Shown piece after piece: positions 42,314 to 57,490 of a stretch of DNA of 64,000 nt. Within the stretch, counting starts at the first letter, position 1. Every line of letters starts with the position of its first letter. Below the pieces are notes generated by a model that saw only the letters and a program-made list of their open reading frames with translations, made no database searches and was not told the origin of the DNA. Made by a program: the position numbers and the translations under genes. Origin of the DNA: Octopus sinensis (lineage: Eukaryota); NCBI RefSeq assembly GCF_006345805.1, contig NC_043007.1, positions 8,060,001-8,124,000 of the forward strand. The letters are read 5' to 3'.

Positions 42314-42326
<13 letters not shown>
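41990..42326. repeat. Perfect inverted repeat, 166-bp arms, 5-nt loop (AATTA, 42156-42160)
   Basis: 41990-42155 is the reverse complement of 42161-42326 at every position checked. Confidence 0.95.
42186..42228 (+). ncRNA. Minimal type I hammerhead ribozyme (mirror copy on - strand at 42088-42130)
   Basis: ccac-CTGAAGA-ttgtc-gatcag-gacaa-GAAAC-aatt-GTA-gtgg. Full core, stems I and II, palindromic stem III (ACAATTGT); predicted cleavage after 42224. Confidence 0.85.
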
Positions 42327-42355
<29 letters not shown>

Positions 42356-42993
42356 GAGGTTTGATATGACTGAAGCATGTTCAGGGTTATCCCTGCACAT
42401 ATCGAAGGTCACACCCACTCCTTTTAATTCCTGAATTTTACCCCCTTCTTACCCTGCCTTACTTGAGCAGAATTCATTATGAAGCTACTGGGGTTTCCCT
42501 TCCTCACAACAGATGCAATTATAATAAATTAAGCATATTTTACAGTTGTGTTTGCTTCCTATCCTTGTAGTTCCGGGTTCAGTGCCACTGCATGGAACCT
42601 TATGCAAGTGTCTTCTATGGCCCCAGTATGACCAAAGTCTTGTTGGTGAATTTAGTCGTCAGAAACTGAAAGAAGCCCATCATATAAGGGCACTTCAAAC
42701 CTTTCACGCCCTACATTTTCAACTCAGATTCTTCAGACATGTCAGCCTTAGCTATCTTCAAAAGGTTTCAGATGGTGTCAAGCCATTTTCCATGCATGGC
42801 TGAGTACTTACGAGGTTTGTTTCCAAACCACAGGCTTTCAGGTTTAGTCTCAATGCAAAGTACTAACGAAAGCCTTGGATTTGGTAGATGGAAACTGAAA
42901 GAAGCCTGTATTTGCGAGTGTATGCATACTTCATCAATGTAACTACATGTGCTGTTGGGGATATTTTTGCTTCTCTGGACTTTTCTATTTTCC

Positions 42994-43026
42994 TTTCTGA
43001 TGAAGAACTATGCTCAAAATGTCAAA
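42994..43026 (+). ncRNA. CpG-decayed ultra-minimal hammerhead motif
   Basis: ttt-CTGATGA-agaac-tat-gctc-AAAAT-GTC-aaa. Two CpG-type transitions would restore GAAACGTC. Confidence 0.5.
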
Positions 43027-43158
43027 ACCTCTCTTTACTGAGTGTGAAACTAATACATTCCATGTGCACATCTTCTTGTTTGTTATTATGTTTGATTTTT
43101 TGATTTGACTATATACATGCATACATACATACACACACACACACACACATATATATAT

Positions 43159-44399
<1,241 letters not shown>

Positions 44400-44938
44400 T
44401 TGGGTTGGGGAAGAGTGGATCTAGTAAGACCTGAACTTAGGACCATGCAGTCAGTGGTCAAATACCTTATCCACACAGCGTTTGATAATATAAATGATGT
44501 ACAGAAAGATGGACAATATCTGTGTCCCTTTTGCTGGAGATTGGTGGGGGTAAGCGAGAAAGAAATGACAGTTCATCGGTTGTTGTAGTAAGAAGCAGAC
44601 CCTCAATGCATTGATTGACCCTCAACTTGGAAACTTGATCCAAAGGCTTGCAATAGATTGGACCCCACTAAAAGTACTCAAAGACTTGGTGGTGGGTGTT
44701 AAAACGTCTATCACCAGGCTCATTGGAACTGGGTAGATAGCTTCTATCTAGCTAATTCGACTTGTAAACTTGGACTGATCTGGAGCTGTGGTAGAAGCCA
44801 CTTGATCAAGGTGCCATGCATTGGGATTAAACCAAGAATGGTGTGATTGCAAGGGGAACTTCTTAACTTCATAACCATATCTATCAGACATAGAAACTTT
44901 TTTGTCCCAGACAAAACATTCACAAATATTCATTAGAT

Positions 44939-45001
44939 CATTGGCTCCAGCTTTTTTGCACCATTAACTGGTTCCATGCAAGACAATTTTTCCATGGACC
45001 T
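44939..45001 (+). mobile_element. hAT/Charlie-like terminal fragment
   Basis: CTTTTTTGCACCA..ACTGGTTCCATGCAAGACAATTTTTCCATGGACC resembles recalled MER1/Charlie-type termini. Confidence 0.45.
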
Positions 45002-45364
45002 GAGGATCACCACATAACAAAACACAAAGTCCATATCATCGTCGTACATCGACCTTCCATGCATGCATGGGTAGTACAATTGGCAGGGTTCTAGTGGTTG
45101 GATACCTTCCTAACACCGACCACTCTGTAGAGTGGACTCAGTGCTTTTTACATGGCACTAGCAGAGGCAAGGTTAGTTTTAGAAAGGTTTTTACAGCTGG
45201 ATGCCCTTCCAAATGCCAACCACTTTACAGTGTGGACTGGATGCTTTTTATGTGGCACCAGCACAGGCAAAGTCTCCAATTATGTATACAATTTGTTACT
45301 TATATAATGCAAATGTAGTTATTACATTTTGTATTATGCCATTTATTTTTACCATAATTACATT

Positions 45365-45401
<37 letters not shown>

Positions 45402-46080
45402 CATGGCTCAGTGGTGAGAGCATTGGGCTCACAATCATGAGGTAGTGAGTTCAATTCCCAGATTAGGATGTGTGTTGTGTCCTTGAGCAAGACACTTTAT
45501 TTCACGTTGCTCTAGTTCACTCAGCTGTAGAAATGAGTTGTGATGTCATTGGTGCCAAATTGTATCGGCCTTTGCCTTTTCCATAGATAGCATCAGTGGT
45601 GTGGAGAGGGGAGTCTGGTATGCATGGGCGACTGCTGGTCTTCCATAAACAACATTAACCAAAGTTATGCCTTGGAGGAGAACTTTCTAGGTGCAATCCC
45701 ATGGTCATTCGTAATTGAAGGGCACCTTTACCCTTTACCGTTTTATGTGTTGGTAACACATAAAAAGCACCTTTTGATCGCTGGGCCTCATGGAAGCAAC
45801 AACAAATGGCCGAGGCCTTTGGCAATATGCTGTGCTTGAGAAGAAGACCCGTCAAGTGAAATTGTAATCATGATAGATACTGGTGTCATGCATCTGGCAC
45901 CTGTGTTAGTGAAATGTAAAAACACCCATTACATTCTTCGAGTGGTTAACATTAGGAAGGACCTCCAGCTGTAGAAAACTATGCTAGACTGGAGTCTGGT
46001 GCAGCCCCTCAGCTTACCAGTCCTGGTGAAACTGTCCAAACCATGCCAGATGGAAAAATGGATGTTAAATGGTGATAATA
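45402..46080 (+). mobile_element. Long tRNA-headed SINE (family C) with CORE-like motif and (ATG)n-type tail
   Basis: TGGCTCAGTGG A-box, GAGTTCAATTCC B-box and TCCTTGAGCAAGACACTT. The 3' AGGAAGGGCATCCAGCTGT-type module is shared with 38948-39255, 45040-45270, 59260-59480 and 62665-62980. Confidence 0.7.
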
Positions 46081-48619
46081 CAACTCAGAATTAAAGAATT
46101 TATTCTTTTTGTGTGGCTCAGTACCAAATGACCATTGACCTAGTTCTGGACCACAACCCTCTGATTGGGGACCATTGTGTGGGAGGAAAAATGACCATCT
46201 GGAAAGTTCTATGCAGTTGCTGTATTTACAGTAGAGACAGACAGAGAGAGAGAAACATAATTCCTTTACATGTCAATTCGGAAATCCAGATTTGTCGGAA
46301 ACTAATTCCTATCATTAATGCTGCTAATTCTGTTGAAAGTGGCATTAATGATACAACATCCAGTTTCCTATTCCTTAAATACTTATGGTTCTGTACTTAG
46401 TAAAAACAACAATAAAAAAAAATCAATATTTCATTAAAAAGATGGGAAAGCAACAATAAGCATGAAATCTACGGCCAATTCTGTTTCCAAGCATTGTTTC
46501 CTTCTTTCTTTCTTTTAAAGGGTTAGTTACACAGTATTGAATATTGGCCAAATCTACTTTGGCATTATTGTTTGAGGAGATGCTGTTGTTGTATTTTGAA
46601 AGCGAATGTATTATTATTGTTGTTGCTATTTGCGAGGAGAGGTCTGCTTTAGAATATTGTCATGTGGCGTAAATCAATGTCTTCAACTAATTGAAGAGAG
46701 AGTGACTGGCATTTTGTAGCAAACATTATTCATGGAATGGCTGACCTCGTTTCAAACATTCTCACCTCAACAGTAACAAATTAAATATGAAACAATGGTC
46801 AGCAGGAAGAGTCTTATTTTGTGAAGCATTTCTTTGCAGACATGGCTATTTGGTCAAGAAGCTCACGTTGCGACTGTGTGGTTCCAGGTTCAATCCTACT
46901 GTGTGGCACCTTGGGCAAGGGTCTTCTACTACAGCCCTGGCACTGACCAGTGTCCTGTGAGTGGATTTGGGAGATAGAAACAGTGTGTGTGTCCCCACCC
47001 TTAGACACATAACAACCAGTGTTAGTTTGTTTACGTCCACATAGTACTAAGCTGGTACCCATTTTTCAGCTGAGGAGACAGGAATGATATAAAATTAAAT
47101 GCATTGATTGAGGACATAATGAGTCATCCTGTCCAATAAATTAACTCACAGATTAATGAGCAAGGCTACAAAACCCTAACGACTAGGGTCATACCCTCAT
47201 ATGCCTCCATGCATGCATATATAGGATGTGCTTGTGTACCTGTGTTTAAGTTTGCTGAACAAAAGCTGCCTGTGGCTTGAACACCTTTCATCTTCAAATA
47301 GTTGTCTTCTCAATCAAGGCTGATCTGTTGCTAAACACAAAATGTACAAAAAAAAAAAAATGATACTGAAGACTGATTTTGACGGGAAGCAATTCTTTTT
47401 CTCAGCATCCATTCATGTACGGAATAATTTGATAACCATCAGTCATTTTAAATTTCAAATCCAAAACAAGGGGGCTTTTTAAGTCAGTGATCGTTATCTG
47501 GCCCCTCAAATATTCATTTCAGCATTTTCAGATGTTTTTCTCCTGATTACATTAACCGATGATTAAAAGGGGTTCCTCTCATCACCATACTGTCTTTTCA
47601 TATATCAAGGACATCATTGTGTCATCATCAAATGTATCCTTCTTTATTTTGGATGTTTGGGTGTGATTCGAAAGAGATTTAGCTGCTATTTCTAATAGAT
47701 TGAGCAAATAGTCTTGTTAGAAATAGCAGCTTCCTCATTACTCTTTTATTTGCTTGTCATTTGACTGCAGCCATGCTGGAGCACTGCCTTTAATTGAACA
47801 AATCAACCCAAGGACTTATTCTTTGTAAGACTAGTACTTATTCTGTCAGTCTCTTATGTTGAACCACTAAGTTACAGGGGATGGCGGTGCCCCAGCATGG
47901 CCACACCTCAAGAGCTGAAACTGTAAAACATAAACATAAACACCAGCATCGGTTGTCAAGCGATGGTGGGGGGACAAACACGGACACACCACACACACAT
48001 ACATATATACAATGAGCTTCTTTCAGTTTCTGTCTATCAAATCCACTCACAAAGCTTTGGTCAGCCCGAGGCTATAGTACACTTACCCAAGGTGCCACGC
48101 AGTGGGACTGAACCCTGAACTATGTGATTGGTAAGCAAACTACTTACCACACAACCACTCCTGTGCCATAGTTCATCTTATTTATACAGTAATGTACACC
48201 AGGCTTTTACTGCCTTGGGTGTCTGTAAGTTGGTAGCAATTTTCCCTCCAGATTTGCGTGTGTGTGTGTGTGTGTGTAGTAATGTACCTTTGTGCTGATA
48301 TTAGCTTGTTTCTACAAAGTCTGTGCAGACACGGTCGTGGTTGAGTGATTAAGAAGATTGCTTTGCAGTCATGTGGTTTTCACTTCCGTTCTATTCTGTT
48401 GCACCCTTGGTGGTAAATGGCTTCTGCCATAAACCCGAGATGACCAAAGCCTTGTGAATGAATTTGGTAGATGGCAACTGTGTGGAAGCCCATTGTGTGT
48501 CTGCTTTCCAACCATGTGGTTTTGGGTTCAATCTCATTGCAGGTGCCTTCTATAGCCCTGGGCCGACTAAAGTGTTGTGAGTGAATTTGGTAGATGGAAA
48601 CTGTGTCGAAGTTCAACGC

Positions 48620-48654
<35 letters not shown>

Positions 48655-48989
48655 TTTGTATCTGTGTTTGCCCCCACCTTCCACAACTTCACAACCAGTG
48701 TTAATTTTTTTACGTCCCCATAACTTAGCATTTCGGAAAATGATAAACCGATAGAATAAATACCAGACGTACAAGAATTTACCAAAATAAGTACGGGGAT
48801 CGATTTCTTTGAGTAAACCCTTGAAAGCTATGCTCCAGCATGGTCGCAGTCCAATAACTGGAACAAGTAAAAGATAAAAGAGAAATATTCATGCAGGTAA
48901 CCATCTCTCAAGAACCGTATCGACACACTTCAATGGATGTGTGTTTATGAAATTATACGATTGATTTCTTCAATTAATAAAAAAAAATC

Positions 48990-49090
48990 GATTTCATTTT
49001 GAGAATCTTGTGTGCGCACATTTTTTGCTTTGTGCGTTATTTGTAAAAAGTGTGCGCGCGCACAAGCGCACAGCTTAGAGGAAACCTTGG
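48990..49090. mobile_element. hAT-type MITE right end (GCGCACAGCTTAGAGGAAACCTTG)
   Basis: Terminal motif with repeated GCGCAC subterminal units. Confidence 0.4.
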
Positions 49091-50314
49091 TCACGAGTAG
49101 ACGTAGATATCCTCTCGGTACTCCTACCTTTGACCCAGTGGAGCATCCTGGATGTGACAGCTGCGGAGAGAGAGAGAGCTACACCAGCATTCGGTTGATA
49201 CTCATTTTCATCTATTTATACTGGAACAATGTTAAATGAAGTGCTTTGCTCAAGGACACAACACACTGCTTGCTCCAAGAACTGAACCTACCACCTTTTG
49301 ATTATAAGACGAACATCCTAAACACTTGTTTCGATTCTTGATTATCGACCACTTCACATAACGTCTCTTCATTAAGAGAGCTGTCTGTACGCGCACGCAT
49401 ACACCACACAGACACACACACGCTATTTTGTCTATGTATCAAATCGATTACTAAATGGGTTTCTATATGGCCGCTCGTCCTGCTAAAAATAGTAGCCAAT
49501 ACCACACTGAAATCATGCAAAGAACGCGTTGGATAATGTGGTCCTCAGGGAAAGACAAAATGGAATGGCCATGGTTAGAATGGCTTTGTTCATTAGAGAG
49601 GTTTGTCTGCTCGATCAGGGCAGACTTCCTAGTCTCGTCACCAAACTAATCACTTCGAAAAGAAGTCAACCAGTTTGCTCCTCTGTCCGCACGGAGCGGA
49701 AGTGTGTCACTTCTGGTGTGTGCATGTCATTAACTCTAAGCATGCTTGTGTGTGTGTGTGTGTCTGCATACTATGTACGTGTGTGCGATATGTGTGTACG
49801 TGGTATTATCTGTGTGTGTGTTCATCTAGGTACGTGTGGTGATGGTGGTGATCTCGTATCGTTATTCTTCCTGCTGGCTGTATTACATATTTTTCTGTCG
49901 CTTGCCTTCCACTCACTTAAAAACACACACGCACTTGCTTGTCACTGTCAAATGGTGGTATTGCTACTGCTAAGATACCCCCTCCTCTCTCTCTCTCTCT
50001 CTCTCTTGTTTGGTGACATCTCCAAGACGCCAAAGATAAGTGCGTGATTAATGCAGTGCACCTTCTTTCGTGTGTATCTCGTGACGTCCACTAAAGCCGC
50101 TCTCCGTATCATTTCCATTCCCTCTTTTATTGCCTCTGCTAACTCTGCATGTGTATGTTCCTATGTACCCAAATGTGTGTACACGTGTTATATGTGCGTT
50201 CAGGTGTGTGTGTGCAGGTATGTATGTATAAATCTGCATGTGCTTTCGTATTTCTGTCAACGGAAACATTTGCTAAGAGCACTTGATTGCGATAGTTTTA
50301 CTGTTATTGTTCAG

Positions 50315-50360
<46 letters not shown>

Positions 50361-51839
50361 CTCTCCTCTTCTCTCACTTATGATTCGGCTTTATTCCCCC
50401 ACCGCCTTCTCCCTGGAGATTTAAAAGCCACCAAGGATCTGTCCACAAGACAGGCATGTTCCTTCTCGTGGTAGGTAGTTCTCATGTTTACTCGTTTTCT
50501 TGAATGAAAGAAAAATGAATATATTGTATATTTGTTTGGTTATATTTTGTTATGTTTCTTTTTTACATCTGTTTGTTTTTTTTAGTCCGTTATTGTATAC
50601 AACACAAATCTAATCCCCCCCCCCGCGCGCGACACACACACACACACCGTAATATACACACAATCTTACCATCGTTGTTTTGTCATCTTCGTCGTCGACT
50701 CCATACGAATATAACTAGGTGAGAGTGTTGGGGGCTTGGGGAGAATTCCATCATTTACCGATGATGATGATTTATACCGGAGGCAAGGCCTCTTCAAATA
50801 TTTAGGGCAACAAGTACAATCGATCGAGTCGACCTCGGTACTTCATTGATGTTTGCCTTTTCTTCCTTTCCGGATCAATAAAGCAAAGTGAATTGTGATA
50901 GAATTCGAACTCGGAATGTAAAGGGACATAACTAAATAAAAGGGCAGGGTTTTGCCCGCCACTTCCGAATTTCCAGAACCCACTGCTCATCATGACGATG
51001 AATATTATCGTCGTCATCGAACATGTAGCACAAAGCCGCAAACTTTGACGGAAAGGGGTCGATTAATTCGATCTGCACTATTTGATTGTTTATTTTATCG
51101 ATTTCCTACCCGGATAGATGATCAAAGTCGACAGTAATAGAAAAACCACAAATTTATGGGCGAAATGTGTAACCGGTCGAATCGACTCATTTTCGTGCCG
51201 GGTGTTTTGAGATTTGTTTATTTATTTATTACTTTGGTGTTGGGTTTTAATTTGGAAGGAACTTAACATCGACTCCGGCGGGAATTGAACTCGGAACATA
51301 GAAGAAAGAAACTAAATTACCACGATTCATTTTATAGTCTGCATATTTTATTTCTTCCATTCTCATGGTTACAGAAATCGAGAGATGGCTACACATTTGA
51401 GGAGAGATATAGAAAGCGGTTGATTTTTAAACATTCTTTTTTTTATGGTTTATTCTGAAGAAGGGCATCATCCATGACTCTTTTTAAGGTCTCGGGACTG
51501 GTAGGAGGGAGGGAGGGAGGGAAAGAGACGAAGTTCTCCTCAGCTCGGGTTCAGATGTTTGCCGTGGTATAGATTCCACTGAAGGCATCTAAGGGCCAGG
51601 TGGAAGTGCTCAACCCGGCGTTGGATTGTGTCGCTACATGACTTGATACTACTTTTATTTTGTCTACTCTAGAATTTATGAAGTAAGGTCGATCCAGACC
51701 GGATTCGAACTCAGAGCGTACGGTTACATACATAATCAACTACCTGCATTTTGTCCGTCTTTTTACGGATTCTGCTAATCCACTGATTGCTAATCATTGG
51801 TAATGTTAGTAACGAATAGTAATGTCTGCGGGTTTTATC

Positions 51840-54800
51840 TTAGGTTAGTCCTGATTGAGAATGATTATAAGGAAAGGCATTCCAGCCGTAATCATCCGAT
51901 CTTTTTCTTATTTTAAGGGAACCCTGGAACACATTAGCTAATGTGTCATTTTCTATGTCGATAAAGTGCAATTTTAGGGTAATTTGGCTGCTATTTCTAA
52001 CAGGTCGAGAGACCACATAAAGGCCCACTGATTGGTTTGTAACAACAGTGTCTTATAGTATTGGCACAATGCAACGTATTTTAGGGTACATCTGCAACTG
52101 TTCCTTGATATATAATTCAACTTAAGCCTGGTTAACAGTTAAACAAACGAAACACTGCATGGGACCAGTGATAGAAGAGAGTTTAACTCTATATCAGTCT
52201 CGATCCAGTAAATTTTCACTCAGAGGTTCCATATGTGGCCATCCCTTCGTTTTATATGTCAGGAACTACATTATCCAACGCACCCCTCTTTCTTTGAGAC
52301 GGTAGGGTATGATTTACGAGGTATTTTGCTGCTATTTCTAGCATGCTGAGCGACTGTGTAGTGGATCTCGCATAAGCTCGTCGCTGTTTATCTCCGGGTC
52401 AGCCCTGATCAAATAGACAAACTTATGATCACAGACGTTCCAGCTTCGTGACCATCATGTCACTGTTTCAAGCTCACCATCTCTCTTTTTTAAGACAATA
52501 GGGTGTGACTTAAAGGAGATTTCTCCCTCCTCTTGTGGTGTACCTATGTTTAGTCGTTGTCGGACACTAAAATAAACCGTTCCCTCTGAGGTGGTGGTCA
52601 TGATGGTGATTAACGAGGGTGGTGCAGTGATAATCAGTGGAGCGTCAGACAACAAGCCTTTGCGGCTACTTATTTACGACTCTTTTACGTTCTGCTTTCA
52701 TCCTTTCCTGATCGATAAAATAGAGGATCCATTCAAGTCCTGGACCCGATATAATTCAGCTCAAAAACCCACCCCCCTCCAAATTTGAAATATTCTGCTT
52801 CTTAACAACAACAACTACTACTACTACTACTTGTGTGTATGTGGTGGTGGGGATTTATTTTAATTTATTCTTGATCAAGAGGTTCTATGACAAAAGGCCT
52901 TCCAGCCTTGATCATCCCGCCTTTTTTCTTTATTTTCTGTGGTATAATGAGATTTATATTATACGATGTGCTCCTCCATTTTTTTAAAATGAGGAACAAT
53001 GTGTGGTTTGAAGAAAGTTTGACTGTTATTCCTAGCAGGTCGATTGACTGTGGAACAGTGGCTCCCAACATTTTCACTACAAAAGAACCTCCTTTTATTT
53101 AAATTATTTTTTTCCGCGGACCAAAAAGCATTTGAAAAGTCTGTCTTACCTCAATAAATAGTTTTATTAAAGCCAATATACATTCGGTTTTCCTAGTTTC
53201 ATTTTTGTTTTGTTTTCATCTTTTATTCGGGAGAGACTGGGTAGCTATGCTCCATTGGCAGGGCCTCCAAGACTGGTGAGAGGGAGAGAGAGGAAGAAAG
53301 GAAGGAATCTTCAGAAACGGAAACTTGGCCCCTATCTTAACAATAAAATGGACTCTGCGAAAGGCATCCACGATGCTAGGTGATGATGTTAAACCGGGCA
53401 AACGATTAAGTCAAGTGTTTGTAAGAGACATGAAACATTGTTGTACATTTTGTACTGCGACCTTTTAAAATTTCGCCCTCAGTTCACAATTCGCTTGTGT
53501 TACTTTTGTGACCCTCACCCCGCGCACACCCGCCAAGGTTCTGCAAACCTCAGGTTGGAAACTGCAGGTGTTTAATTACTTTCATTGGTTCGTATGTATG
53601 TCGGTGTTGTACAAGTATGTTTAGGGAGTAAGGTAGACTAATGATGTATTGTTTACGCTTAAGCTTACGGTTTAGCTCCATGTTGTAGCTATTATGCAGT
53701 TATAAAGAGATTATAATATTACTGCCATAGTGTTTAGTAACCCATCTCGACAACTTCTCGACGTGGGTTTGAATGTGAGGAAACACTCCTTTTCCATTTG
53801 CCAAAAGTAGCTGTAAATTAATACCTGTGTTCATGATTTGAAATCTAAAATAGGTTCTGAGTGTTTATTCCAATGAGAGACTGTTTTTACTGATCCGGTA
53901 AAATAATTTTTTTATCTTTTTCATTCCCCACCTTTACTCATTTGTCATGCAACTATCATAATCGGATTTTAAGTTCAGATCTCTTCTCGGTTCAAAATAG
54001 ATTTTCATTCATTTTGGTGCCCGCAAACAACTGGTTCCATGTGCTATCCAAACGGTCATAGACTTAAGTTACACCATCGCACACTTTTTCTTTTATACAT
54101 AAAAAAAAAGGTTTTGTTTTATTGTAATATTTTTATTAGTATCATCTGTATAAAACGTTAACCTGTGTCAATCATCAATCGTCTTTTTTCAGATATAACA
54201 TTAACCCAATTTGCACCCTGCCTTTATTTGTTTATATTATTTTTAGACGGTCGTGTGTGGTTTAGGGCAGTTCTGGTTGTCATTTCTTGTAGCTTTAATG
54301 ACCGCGTTGAGGTCGCAGCTCATTTACAGAAAACCCAATCAAAGTAATGGGTATTAGATAACGGTTTCTGATTTAGACGAAAATCCACTAATTTCGTGCT
54401 GAGTGGGTCAGTTGATACCATGAACCTCAATATTTGATGGGTACTTTATCCACCCGAAAAGATGAAAGGCACTTCATTAGTAGCTTTGCTTACTAGTCTG
54501 ATTATTTGTTGTTAATATATATATATTTAATTCTGTGGTTTTCTTTATCTAGTGATTCATTTGAAGACGAAAATCTAGATATTTTCTGAAGAAGAGATTG
54601 TACTACTGACGTTCCGAAGTTATGTGGGCATTCTCAAAGTGTCTTCAATAGTAGTCCCTCGTGTAGTGAGGACTGGGAGTCAATCGATACGATCAATTCC
54701 ACCATTACTTGACTGGTACTTTATTTGTTTTATCGATCCTGGATAAGAAGTAAAGTCGATGTCGGTGCGATTTGAGCCCAAGACGTAAAGAGCCGGAAGA

Positions 54801-57490
54801 AATGCCGTGAAGCATTTTTTCAGAAATTTGCGACGGTGCACAGCAAGGATGAGTGAAGCACTTTGAAAAGTATAATTTAAGCCTTAAATTAAGTAGCTCT
54901 AACATTAATATGGATTTTAAGCTACTTAAAAAGAAATGTCATATAATTTTGCTAAACAGAAGTTTAATTAACTAAGCAATTTTCTTTTCTTTTTTTTCTG
55001 AATTGTTTAACTACTTAAAATCTTAACTTTTCAAAACACGCGAAGTTTGAAATTAATTTTTAAAATTCAATCTCTAATGTACCACCAAATCAGAAACAGT
55101 GAAGTACAATTTCTTTGCTTTCTGTAATGAAAAGTAAAAGTGGAGAGTAAAAAGTTTTGTTAAGTGTAATCTGAACTCTTTCTCTTTCACACAACGCTTT
55201 CAAATCATATTATATTGTATTATAAATCGTATTAGTGTACAAAAATCTCTTGGCTGCATGTTAATGGTGTTTACATCTTTTTAAAGGTTGTTTTAATTCC
55301 ATTATTGTTACAGAGACATTATTTCCCTGTGTTTCTTATAAGTTAAGAACGTTCACCAAATAGTTATCAATTCAAATCATGAATGACCAGCTACATAAAT
55401 ATTAACTCTAGTTAATATAATACAGTTTGCATTTGAAGTGTATAATGAGACATTTTGTATGCAATTGTTAATTATATTTTCATTAGGAAAAGAAAATTAA
55501 AAATGCAACATAAATGTATTCAATATATATTTCTTTTGCTATTTGCTAGAATATTCTGCGAATCGATCTGAGATTCCGACCTGCTGTTCTTGGTAAATTT
55601 CAGGCCAGTTATGATCAAGACCGTTCCAGTCATGACAGCCCAGTTTATGTATTAAAGACAGTGTATATACGGCTTCATTATCCAACGTTTCATTTTTATT
55701 TAAGACAGTAGGGTATAAGTTGAACAAGATTTGACCGTTATTTCTAGCAGGTCAGGCGACACGTAGAGGCTTCATCGTCAGCTGGGTGGTTATCGACATA
55801 TGAGCAGAATCAATCTACTTTCGGCCCTCGACGTTCTGGGATCAAATCCTACTTGCGTTTACTTTATTAGTTCTTAAGAAGGTAAGAAGTAGAATAATTA
55901 GCAGATACTATTTAATAATTGTACTGATTCGATTCACAGAAGCATAACTTTCACATTCGAACAGGTACCATCGAGCAGTTAAAAGAAACTCCTTTTTAGA
56001 ATTACCCTACAACTCGCCCTTTCTCGTTCTCTGTTCTTCCTCTTCTTTATACATTTGGTCATTGACCTGATCAAACGGTAAATAAGTAAATAAATAGCCA
56101 GTTTATAAATTGGTTTTTCTCTCGTCAGCCTTGAATGGTTTGAGGCAAAATTTGTCGGTAGCTAAGTAGGTTGGCTGCTTGATTCGTTTGGCCTGTTTCG
56201 GATTAAAAGAACAACAACAAAAAATGCAGTTTCTGCCATCTTCGCCGTCTCCACCTTCGTATGTATGTCTACCTGTCTGCTTGGTGATCTCCAGATGACC
56301 GACTATATTTGATATGCCTACAATGGCTGCAGAAATAACACATGCTTCCCATGCATTCGCACTCATTCTAACGCAAGCACATTACCATGCATGTGAGAGT
56401 TTGCACACAAACCTACGTTATGTAGAGACATATAAAGCATTCTCTCTCTCTCTCTCTTTACCTGTCTACCTCTTTCCCGCCCTCTCTACATATTTACTTA
56501 CCTACCATTCTACTACCTAAAATACGTGTGACGAGGAAAGCAGAAGGCTAGAAATAGCAGCAAAATCTTTCATTCAAACCTTGAAGAGCACATTTGATAA
56601 AGGAGGCGATCTTAACAGTAACGACTGGAAACTCCGTGATCTTAGATGTCTGGAAGCAGGGCTGAGCCAAGGCTAAACAACCACATTTACGTGTGAAAGT
56701 AAATATACTAATTAAACTATGTGTGTAGATGTAAATACGCTCATTTTCTTCACACACACACACGTTAGCACATGTTCTGGCGTATGCCTACGTCGATATG
56801 CTTGTGCTTTTGAGAGACATACATATGTGCATAAGTTCAATATCGTAGACATACGGATACGCACATGCGAGCTCACAAGCACGCACACATATACACACAC
56901 AGTCACGTACGCATACACTGTTATATACGTGTCAAAAAAGACCTCCACGTAGTCGCTCAATCAACTAGACATAGCAGCCAAAATGCACTCAGTCCACGGC
57001 CTTGCCATCCTAAAAACTGAAAGGGGCATTGAATAATGTAGCCCTGTTTATACCGTCTGAAAAAAAGAGAAAAAGGACGAGGGTGATCAAGGTTGAATGG
57101 AGGCCATGATCCTAGATCTGCTCAACCAGAGCTGAATAATGATTACAAGTATATACGGAGGCACGTGTTCACACACTATCAGCCAGTGTGTGTGTGTGTA
57201 TAATTGTTAAAGAGGACATCAAACATTAAGGCAAGGCAAACATCTCAAGTCGTATAAATTATTATTATTATTAGAAAAAATATGTTGTTTTTTTTACGAA
57301 AAACAAAAACGGAGAAGTACACTTGATGAAGTAGACTCATATATGTGATTGTTTAATTTGCTGAATATAGCAGCTATACCTCCTTTAAACTACATTCTGC
57401 TTTACATTAAAGACGAGATGGTCACGACGGGAATGACTTAAAATTTGTCCCTGCTCGAGCAGAGTTTACCCTGGGCTAAGCAACAACAAC
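51840..57490. repeat. Cluster of an old (AAC)n-tailed short interspersed family (GCTGCTATTTCTAGCAGG..; GGATGGTCACGGCTGGAA..)
   Basis: Diverged copies at about 51840-52030, 52310-52530, 52860-53050, 55560-55770, 56945-57135 and 57350-57490; also at 20570-20770, 23490-23650, 26330-26720 and 49470-49630. Confidence 0.6.
53056..53566 (+). mobile_element. hAT-type MITE
   Basis: Degenerate TIRs CAGTGGCTCCCAAC ... GGTTGGAAACTG. Confidence 0.45.

Noticed and set aside
49315-49380. Minus-strand TTAATGA..GAAACAAGTGTT hammerhead-like remnant
   Set aside because: Core doubly mutated, stems unconvincing, and it overlaps a SINE head.
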